NCBI GenBank assembly: GCA_030065265.1
Contig: JASJCW010000006.1
Span: 1,820 to 65,819, forward strand
DNA length: 64,000 nucleotides
Source: Prochloraceae cyanobacterium
GTDB lineage: Bacteria; Cyanobacteriota; Cyanobacteriia; Cyanobacteriales; JASJDA01
Reading direction: 5' to 3'
Shown here piece after piece: positions 54,082 to 61,333 of the stretch. Under the pieces are notes generated by a model. The model saw only the letters and a program-made list of their open reading frames with translations. It did no database searches and was not told the origin of the DNA. Each line of letters opens with the position of its first letter. The stretch's first letter is position 1. Made by a program: the position numbers and the translations under genes.

Positions 54082-54897
54082 ATGAAAATAGAAAAGAGGA
54101 TTTTAAACTCAATGGAAAATAAATTCAAACTAGCAGTATTGGCAAATATGGCAACTGACAGGGAGCAGCCAGAAGCTTATATATCGCTCACTTTAGATCC
54201 TAGGGGTAGCGTATTGACGATATGTTTCAACAAGATTATCTCGGAGGAGAAGATCGCGTCAATGCTAGATCTCAAGTTCGAGTATTCCGAAGCTGCTTTA
54301 CCTTCTAAGAGAGTGATTAACGAAAATAATCTAGTTTGTGTAGCTGACGGGTTTTTACCTCCGAAAGCTGGATGGATATTTGTATCGAAGGATTTTAGCG
54401 AGATTGAAAGCAGGTATAACTTTTTGCGACATACTTTTGAGGTTGGGTTTGCCAACGGATTCACAGATTTAGATTCAGCTTTGGAACACTTCAAAAATAA
54501 GCAATTTAGATTCAGCCTTAAACTTGCTGACGATATTTTTGAATGGGGCAAGCTAGCTTTTAAGAATGCTGAGATCCTGAAAAAATCTAAGTGTCGTTTG
54601 AGGATATACCGCAATAAGAGACAAGTTACAGTTATCGTATCTGAAGTTCCAGACAATGAGGGGCGATCGATAACTAATGGCGTTGAGTCGATAATTACCC
54701 ACGGCTGCAAAAAATACGATATAGACTTCGATCGTGTCATCTGGCTCGAACACTATCCAGAAGAGATTACCAGTAGCAACGAAAAAATAGATGAATGTTT
54801 TTCACGAGTACACTTGCAGAGCAATAAAAATCCTTACTGGGAAAACTACTCCAAAGAACAAGCAGAGAGATTAATCGGAATGTCTCTAAATGACTAA
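54082..54897 (+). CDS. hypothetical protein (271 aa)
   Basis: ORF from the track. The antisense ORFs inside it are judged spurious. Confidence 0.6.
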   Translation: MKIEKRILNSMENKFKLAVLANMATDREQPEAYISLTLDPRGSVLTICFNKIISEEKIASMLDLKFEYSEAALPSKRVINENNLVCVADGFLPPKAGWIFVSKDFSEIESRYNFLRHTFEVGFANGFTDLDSALEHFKNKQFRFSLKLADDIFEWGKLAFKNAEILKKSKCRLRIYRNKRQVTVIVSEVPDNEGRSITNGVESIITHGCKKYDIDFDRVIWLEHYPEEITSSNEKIDECFSRVHLQSNKNPYWENYSKEQAERLIGMSLND

Positions 54898-54903
54898 TAA
54901 GGA

Positions 54904-54929
54904 AATCGGTGTTCCTAGGAACACCGATT
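54904..54929. repeat. Dispersed 26-bp palindrome, copy 7 of 8 (perfect)
   Basis: aatcggtgttcctaggaacaccgatt, 6 nt after the stop of 54082..54897. Confidence 0.9.
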
Positions 54930-54967
54930 GCTAGTAAGATTGAGTCAACTAGACGAGCGAAAGAATT

Positions 54968-56158
54968 ATGAAAACCTCAAAAGGATCGTTTTACACGATC
55001 TCTCAACTCCCTGGTGCTGTATCAGGTGGAGTAGAAATAGGCGATCGAGTACAAGCTATCTCTGATGCAATCGAGGTAGGGGATACCAGTAAAGTTAAAC
55101 TAAAATTTCTCGATCGCTCCGGCGAGATAACTTTAGACGATTATTGCCTGCAGCCGCTAACCAGAAAAGAAGCCAACGAGATTGACGCGTTAGAGCAAGT
55201 AGCAGGGAATATCCCTATAATCTACCGAGATCCTCGCAAGCTAAAAACTCATCCTCTAAACGACAGGATATATGGAGCAGACGAGCCGATCGCCGATCTC
55301 TTGGAGAAAGTGAAAGAGACGGGAGAGATCCACCCAATAATCGTAAATCAAAACAATGAGATCGTAAGTGGCAATAGGAGGCAAAAAGTAGCGATCGAGC
55401 TTAGCTGGAAATTAGTTCCAGTAATAGTACAAAAGTTCGCTGACGATTTTGAAGAAAAAGAAGCTTTGCTATCTTACAATGCATCGAGAGATAAAACTGT
55501 TGAGCAAATAACTAACGAGACAAACGAATGGATAGAGATAATTAAGCACAAGAGAGAGAAGGAGCCGCAAAAAAAAGGACAAAGAAGAGAGAGAGTTAGA
55601 GACTTAGCTTGCCAAAAAAGCAATCAGAAGCCTAGCAGCTACCACAGAAGTAACTCAGTTTTGAAACGAATAGAGGAGCTTAAAAAAGAAGGGGAAATAG
55701 AACAAGCTGAGAAGTGGAAAACAAAGCTAAATAATAATCCTACAGCTGCTTACAAAGAGTACCAGGAAATCAAAAAGCAAGCTACTCAATTCAGCCATCC
55801 TATAGGTGAAATATGCCAAATATCAGCAGGTTCTAACTCGGAGCTAAAAGCATATCAAGGGTTGTGGGGTGTAGTAGTAAGTAAAAACGATATCCTAGGC
55901 GATTTTATGATCTACGATACCGTACTTAAAAACGTCAATTCTTTTTACTTAAAAAGCTTGAATTTTAACGAGCTAGATCGCAAAAAAGCTAAGAAAATCA
56001 TGGAGCGTTTATATGCGATCGGAAGCCAAGATAAAGATGCCATAACTACAGATATGCTTCAAGGTATATCTAGGCGACCTAATCCTGAATTGACAGTTAA
56101 AGAACACAAACTGTTAGTAACTTTAGAAACTACTCTTAATGAATTCAAATCAGCTTAA
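54968..56158 (+). CDS. ParB-like nuclease (ParB/Srx) domain protein
   Basis: LKTHPLNDRIYG...IHPIIVNQNNEIVSGNRRQKVAIEL is the ParB N-terminal domain pattern. Confidence 0.7.
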   Translation: MKTSKGSFYTISQLPGAVSGGVEIGDRVQAISDAIEVGDTSKVKLKFLDRSGEITLDDYCLQPLTRKEANEIDALEQVAGNIPIIYRDPRKLKTHPLNDRIYGADEPIADLLEKVKETGEIHPIIVNQNNEIVSGNRRQKVAIELSWKLVPVIVQKFADDFEEKEALLSYNASRDKTVEQITNETNEWIEIIKHKREKEPQKKGQRRERVRDLACQKSNQKPSSYHRSNSVLKRIEELKKEGEIEQAEKWKTKLNNNPTAAYKEYQEIKKQATQFSHPIGEICQISAGSNSELKAYQGLWGVVVSKNDILGDFMIYDTVLKNVNSFYLKSLNFNELDRKKAKKIMERLYAIGSQDKDAITTDMLQGISRRPNPELTVKEHKLLVTLETTLNEFKSA

Positions 56159-56172
56159 ACCAAAGAGGCGAG

Positions 56173-56652
56173 ATGACTAACACGGTAATTAATGGCAACA
56201 ATAACAATCAATCAATCGAAAAAAATTCACAGCCATCAGAACCAGGCGAATGGACGCTAGCACAGATACAAACAGCTTTAAAAAGGAAATTGCCAGATTC
56301 TTTACTAAAGGAACTACCTGGTAAATTTAAAGCCAAATATATCGCTTGGCATACTGCTGTTGAAATTCTTGACAAATATTGTATTGGGTGGCAATGGGAA
56401 ATTAAAAGCGTTACTTACACTACAGATAGAATAATTTTAGTAGGGAAATTGTCAATCCCTACAAAACACGGATTAGTTATTAGGGAGGCAACAGGATCGG
56501 AACTCCTTAAAAAAACATCTCAAGACTACAATACAGGGGAAATAAAAGAAGAGGAAATACCTTATGGGGATCCTGCAAGTAATGCTGAATCAATGGCTTT
56601 TAGAAGAGCAGCATCAAAGTACGGGTTGGCGCTTTATTTATATAAGAAATAG
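56173..56652 (+). CDS. Rad52/Sak-type single-strand annealing protein
   Basis: KYIAWHTAVEILDKYCIGWQWEI ... YGDPASNAESMAFRRAASKYGLALYLY (Rad52-family C-terminal signature as I recall it). Confidence 0.6.
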   Translation: MTNTVINGNNNNQSIEKNSQPSEPGEWTLAQIQTALKRKLPDSLLKELPGKFKAKYIAWHTAVEILDKYCIGWQWEIKSVTYTTDRIILVGKLSIPTKHGLVIREATGSELLKKTSQDYNTGEIKEEEIPYGDPASNAESMAFRRAASKYGLALYLYKK

Positions 56653-56687
56653 TGCTATAATTTAAAGTTATTATAGCATTAAATGTA

Positions 56688-56719
56688 AACTGCTTTTGCT
56701 CTGAGAAGCAGTTTTTTTT
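56688..56719 (+). terminator. rho-independent terminator
   Basis: aactgctt-ttgctctgag-aagcagtt followed by a T-run. Confidence 0.7.
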
Positions 56720-56736
56720 AAGAGATCCATCACAGG

Positions 56737-56775
56737 AAAACAATCCTCGGTGTCTAAGCGAGGATTGTTTTTATT
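56737..56775. terminator. second strong hairpin (aaaacaatcctcg / cgaggattgtttt)
   Basis: 13-bp stem followed by a T-run on the plus strand. In tandem with the previous terminator. Confidence 0.5.
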
Positions 56776-56973
56776 TAAGCTGTTATCAACTAATCTTAGT
56801 AATAAAAAGCAAGCAAAAAATGTCACTAGCAATCAAACAAAAGATTATGTTTTGATTACCCAATAACACAACTTAAGTGTCCTCCTATATAAAATTTACA
56901 TCTCGTCCAGAATGTTTCGCTTTCTGTAGAGCTATCTAAATTATAATCAGTTTGTCAGCTAGGAAACATTAAG

Positions 56974-58686
56974 TTACTGACAGATAAAAGCTTGCTTCTT
57001 AGCACGAGTAAGAGCAGTGTATAAAATCTTTTGTCTGTCAGAGCATCTGTTTAAATCTGGCAAATCTAGAAAGGTAAAATCTATCGAGCTACCTTGCGCC
57101 TTATGCGTAGTTAGAGCGTAAGCAAAAGGCATATTATCAAAGTATTTAGAAAGCTGTTGGAACAGATTCCATTGTTTTTCATCTTTGTACTTTTTAAGGA
57201 TTTTACCTCTTTTTATTTCTGACTGTGGCGTGAGTATTTGCAAATCTACAGTTGCTCCATCGTCAGCTTTAACTCTCACTTGATAATATTCTAATTCCCC
57301 TTCTTTAATACTGCCTTCAACATAAGTCTTTAGAGTTGGCTCGCACAAAACCGTACACTCTTCAGAATTATTTATTATAATGCAATCTTCAGATACCTTG
57401 CCTATGCCTATTTTGGCAAATACAGGAGTTCTAGCAATCAAGCGATCGCCAATACAATAAGGATCGCAATTGTTCCCCCACAGTTGCAGCCTGACAAATC
57501 TATTTAGCTCGTCAGCTACTTTATTTCTGAATACTATAAATCTTACATCTTGCTTGGATTTAAAAAACTCCCCTGCGCGAGTCATCCATTTAATTCTAGG
57601 CAAGCTGACAATAGTCTTATCTTCAGTAGTGACGAAAGGATAACCTCTTTTATTCCACTTCTCATCACTTCTAATTTCTTCAGCTACCTTGGCTATTTCC
57701 CCGTCATAACGAACTATTTCTAAAAGTTCTAAAGTCTTGTCAATATCGTCACTCAGATCTACTGCCGGCTCTTGTTCCCCCACTGGCGGGAGCTGCATAG
57801 AATCGCCCACGATAACTAATTTTAGATCGCTGCATTCAGCTTCGCCGATCAACTCTTGATAATTCTTAGAATTAATCATAGAGTATTCGTCAATTACAGC
57901 AACGTCAAAACTCTCCAAATCTATTTTATTGTGAGCTTTCCCAGATATAAACTCTTCTTTCCCTGTTTTTTTATTTAATACTGGCTGCTGTCCTAATAAC
58001 TGTGCTACTGTATGAGTTCTTATATCTTCTAATCCAGCTTCATCAGCAATTGAAACTAGATTCTTTAAAGCTTTGTTGGTAGGGGAAGCAGCTACAAATT
58101 TAACTCGATTCACTCTCAACCATCTTAAATATTCAACTATTAAAAATGTTTTCCCTGTTCCTGCATAGCCGCATAATTTTAGATACTTTTGTTCTGTATT
58201 ATAAGTGAATTTTTTCAAAGCTATCATAGCTTTCTCTTGAGACTTTTTAAGTTTCTTACTGCTTATTTGTGCAATTTCAATTTGTTCAATACTACTTACA
58301 TCCTCTTCATAGTATTCAATCTCTTGCTGTTCAGGAGGTTCCTCCTCTAAAGTCATGTTTTCGTAAAAATCATTCTCTCTCTTTTGTGCTGCAAGTAAAC
58401 TACTTTCTTGTAAAATTGAATAGCCGATCGCTTCGTGGGATAGCAAGCTTAAGATAGTCTTACATACTCCCACAAAATCTTCTGAAAATAGATTTTCATT
58501 ATCCTTAAAAGCATAAAGAAATCCATAATATTTCTCTATTTTTTTTAATAATTCTATATCTAAAAAAACTGGCGATATTTTGCCAGAGTCTAGAGCAGTT
58601 GCCAAATTTTGCAACAATTCAGCATATTCAGTTTTTACTCTAATGCTAGAGATTTTTTTTTGATAAGCTCGTCTAGTTTGTGTCAT
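56974..58686 (-). CDS. SF1 RecD/Dda-like DNA helicase
   Basis: Walker A GYAGTGKTF, Walker B AVIDEYSMI, VGDSMQLPPV, TTHKAQGSS, LYTALTRAKK. Confidence 0.85.
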   Translation of the reverse strand: MTQTRRAYQKKISSIRVKTEYAELLQNLATALDSGKISPVFLDIELLKKIEKYYGFLYAFKDNENLFSEDFVGVCKTILSLLSHEAIGYSILQESSLLAAQKRENDFYENMTLEEEPPEQQEIEYYEEDVSSIEQIEIAQISSKKLKKSQEKAMIALKKFTYNTEQKYLKLCGYAGTGKTFLIVEYLRWLRVNRVKFVAASPTNKALKNLVSIADEAGLEDIRTHTVAQLLGQQPVLNKKTGKEEFISGKAHNKIDLESFDVAVIDEYSMINSKNYQELIGEAECSDLKLVIVGDSMQLPPVGEQEPAVDLSDDIDKTLELLEIVRYDGEIAKVAEEIRSDEKWNKRGYPFVTTEDKTIVSLPRIKWMTRAGEFFKSKQDVRFIVFRNKVADELNRFVRLQLWGNNCDPYCIGDRLIARTPVFAKIGIGKVSEDCIIINNSEECTVLCEPTLKTYVEGSIKEGELEYYQVRVKADDGATVDLQILTPQSEIKRGKILKKYKDEKQWNLFQQLSKYFDNMPFAYALTTHKAQGSSIDFTFLDLPDLNRCSDRQKILYTALTRAKKQAFICQ

Positions 58687-58774
58687 AATAATAATGCGAT
58701 TGTGTTTTGCATTCGTAAGATAGGTGATGCGACTTCGATTTAATCGAAGTCGTATAACAATATTATACTTCTAT

Positions 58775-59308
58775 TCAATTTAAATCGTATTCATTGAAAG
58801 GAATATAAGGGGTAAAAGATTGAAAAAGTTTATCTTGCTTTGAAGGTAAATATAAATCGAATAATCCGCAAGATGTATGAATTTTGCAGCCTTTTAAATC
58901 GCATTTAGAATTAGCAGCTTGCTTGAAGCTTAACCCTAAAATATATTGACTGTCAGAGTTATACTTTTCTAAAAAATTTTGACAGCTAAAAAGTTCAATC
59001 ATATTGGGGATAGCTGCTGTTGTTAAATAAGACATTTTCTTATTAAAAATTTCCCCAGTCTCAAATTTTTCATATTTTTTAGATGGGTCTAAAAGATTAC
59101 AGCCAAATTGAGTAATATCAAAAGTCAGAATTCCTTTGCCATATTCGGAATAACAACATCTTGCAGCTTTAGAAACAATCTCGCTGATAGGATTTCTAAA
59201 AGTCAATCCTTTAAAAAATACCCTGAAAATATAATCTATATCTTCATGGCTTTTATAAGCCGGTTGCACAGTTCCAAACGGTTCGAGCATTTTTGCACCT
59301 TTATTCAA
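58775..59308 (-). CDS. hypothetical protein (177 aa), Cys-rich
   Basis: ORF from the track. Preceded by the perfect palindrome at 59311..59332. Confidence 0.55.
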   Translation of the reverse strand: MNKGAKMLEPFGTVQPAYKSHEDIDYIFRVFFKGLTFRNPISEIVSKAARCCYSEYGKGILTFDITQFGCNLLDPSKKYEKFETGEIFNKKMSYLTTAAIPNMIELFSCQNFLEKYNSDSQYILGLSFKQAANSKCDLKGCKIHTSCGLFDLYLPSKQDKLFQSFTPYIPFNEYDLN

Positions 59309-59310
59309 TT

Positions 59311-59332
59311 AAATAGATTATATAATCTATTT
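59311..59332. promoter_or_regulatory. 22-bp perfect palindrome aaatagattatataatctattt
   Basis: Read directly. Starts 3 nt upstream of the 59308 start codon and contains TATAAT/ATTATA at its centre. Confidence 0.5.
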
Positions 59333-59508
59333 AGTCTGGATAATATTTGGTATATTTGACGAGGTTTTGAAGTGTTTCTCCTCGTCAGTTTCGTTATAAT
59401 AAAAAGCGATCGTATTTTGTTGTTAATTGCGATCGCTTCAAAAGGAGTAATCAAGTTGTTAAATTCATCATAGAATAAAAAAACAATTGATTATATTAAG
59501 AAATGTAC

Positions 59509-59534
59509 AATCGGTGTTCCCAGGAACTCCGATT
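59509..59534. repeat. Dispersed 26-bp palindrome, copy 8 of 8 (aatcggtgttcccaggaactccgatt)
   Basis: 6 nt after the stop of the minus-strand methyltransferase gene. One arm mismatch. Confidence 0.85.
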
Positions 59535-59540
59535 GAATAA

Positions 59541-60605
59541 TCAAAAAAGATCGTTCCTAGCTCCCACAACTATTACTCTTTCCCTGGACTGTGGAACCCC
59601 GTAATACTTAGAATTCAGCAATTGTCCTTTTACTTTGTATCCGCAGCTTCTGAGGTCGCTGACAGCAGATAGATAAAATGGTTTCATGTGACCTTTGACT
59701 ATCCCGCTAACATTTTCCATGACAAAGCATTTAGGTTGAAATCCCTGAACCAGCCTAACGAATTCCTTAAACAGAGTATTCCTAGAATCTGTGGCTCTCC
59801 GCTTGCCAACAGTAGAAAATCCTTGACATGGGGGACTACCTTGTAAGCAATCTAATTCCTTTGGCTTTAATCCAGTCAAGTTAAGAGCTTCTTCTACTGA
59901 CAGCTTTGCTATATCTCCATGAAAAACAGGAACGTTAGGAAAATTCATTTTAAAAGTAGCTATAGCGTTATCATCCCATTCAACTGCTAAAAGTTCTTTG
60001 AACCCTGCTAAGTGGAACCCTAAAGAAGATCCTCCACACCCAGCAAAAAGACTAACTACTGTGGGGGAGTCCACTTTTTTCAAGAAAGAAGATTGCTTTA
60101 AATTGAGAGCGATCGCTCTTGCTAGCAGTGGAGGAACTGAATTGCCCATCCTAGCCAACCTATCCTCAAAACTTCCCACAAATATAAAATCGTCTGGAAA
60201 TGAACATAGTCTTTGTATTTCCTCTATCGATAGATAGCGCTTGCCACTAGGATGGATTAATCCTGCTCTAGCGATCCATTGTTTAGTAACAGTGGGAGCA
60301 ACTTTTTTCCAGTAGAGAGGCATAAACCCTATAAACCCACCTGTCTTGCCAGTGTGCTTCAACAAAGCTTCTCTCATGTAGCGACAGCGATAATTTTTAT
60401 GGGGATTAATTTTGTAATATTCTTGGCAAGCTTTTTGCAAGTTTTCAGATAAATATTTAAATTCAAATACAGACTTTTCAGGTAAGTCTTTAAAAGCTTC
60501 TTTAATAGTAATGGGCTTGCTTTGCGGCTTAGGGTGAAAAAACCATTCACCATCGATATCCGCATTGAGGACATTTGTGATTAGGAGTCTTGAGTTTTTC
60601 TTCAT
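59541..60605 (-). CDS. DNA cytosine-5 methyltransferase with circularly permuted motif order (IX-X before I-VIII)
   Basis: Order in the ORF: RYLSIEEIQRLCSFPDDF (IX), GNSVPP (X, aa 154-159), FAGCGG (I, aa 187-192), PPCQGFS (IV), ENV (VI), QSRER (VIII, aa 339-343), then stop. Confidence 0.8.
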   Translation of the reverse strand: MKKNSRLLITNVLNADIDGEWFFHPKPQSKPITIKEAFKDLPEKSVFEFKYLSENLQKACQEYYKINPHKNYRCRYMREALLKHTGKTGGFIGFMPLYWKKVAPTVTKQWIARAGLIHPSGKRYLSIEEIQRLCSFPDDFIFVGSFEDRLARMGNSVPPLLARAIALNLKQSSFLKKVDSPTVVSLFAGCGGSSLGFHLAGFKELLAVEWDDNAIATFKMNFPNVPVFHGDIAKLSVEEALNLTGLKPKELDCLQGSPPCQGFSTVGKRRATDSRNTLFKEFVRLVQGFQPKCFVMENVSGIVKGHMKPFYLSAVSDLRSCGYKVKGQLLNSKYYGVPQSRERVIVVGARNDLF

Positions 60606-61158
60606 CTATATCTTGATTGTCTTCAGGAATTTCAATTTCTTTAAAAGTTTCTAACAATTCATCTAAGTTATCTTCAACTGCTATAGGGAGGGAACTTTCA
60701 GATTGCAGTAAATCTAGCTGCTGTTGTAAATTCTCAGCATCGAACATCGAAATAATTTCCTCTAAGCTTACCTCGCTACCCCACAGCACCGACCAATTAT
60801 GTTCGATACTGAATGCGACTGCTTCAGCTTCACTGGTAGAATTCACGCCGAATACCACTGGCACTAACCAATCTTCTTTTAATCCCCTAGGCAAATTGAG
60901 ATTTTGCGATCGCATTTCAATCAAACTTTCTAACCTACCATTCCCAGCTACAATTCCACCTTTCCCGTCGTTCAAATTAGGGTCGAACACCAAAGGATCC
61001 CTAAATCCATATCTGCGTATGGATTCAATTAGTTTAGCTACATCGTGTTTTTTAGAATTGTTATCTAGAAAGTGTTTTTCTAAGTTGTCTAAGGAGACGT
61101 AATGAACGGCGATCGCGTCCCCTGTCTTTTTTGCCAATTGATTTAAATCAGTATCCAC
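60547..61158 (-). CDS. ParB-like nuclease domain protein with C-terminal CPQCG half zinc ribbon
   Basis: FRDPLVFDPNLNDGKGGIVAGNGRLESLIEM. Overlaps the methyltransferase ORF by 59 nt in another frame. Confidence 0.6.
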   Translation of the reverse strand: MDTDLNQLAKKTGDAIAVHYVSLDNLEKHFLDNNSKKHDVAKLIESIRRYGFRDPLVFDPNLNDGKGGIVAGNGRLESLIEMRSQNLNLPRGLKEDWLVPVVFGVNSTSEAEAVAFSIEHNWSVLWGSEVSLEEIISMFDAENLQQQLDLLQSESSLPIAVEDNLDELLETFKEIEIPEDNQDIDEEKLKTPNHKCPQCGYRW

Positions 61159-61250
61159 AAGCTATGTTAGAATTCAGCCAACCAATTAATGTTAAAAAGC
61201 GATCGCGTTAGCACTCCGAAATAATAAACGCGATTTTTTTTTGATTGTCG

Positions 61251-61270
61251 ATACAATAATATTGTTGTAT
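61251..61270. promoter_or_regulatory. operator-like palindrome atacaataatattgttgtat, related to those at 6588..6605 and 6658..6675
   Basis: Shares ACAATAATATT-TTGT with the 6.6-kb sites. About 95 nt upstream of the 61158 start. Confidence 0.5.
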
Positions 61271-61333
61271 GACTTCAGAAAGCTCATTTTTCAATGCTGA
61301 CTGTTGCTCCACAAATTTAGTCAGTATTTTTTT

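Noticed and set aside
60547-60605. ParB-methyltransferase fusion protein made by programmed frameshifting in the 59-nt overlap.
   Set aside because: Joining the frames needs a +1 shift, and the overlap contains no recognisable slippery motif (gaa gaa aaa ctc is not X_XXY_YYZ). It is treated as two ORFs and only flagged for a read-level check.
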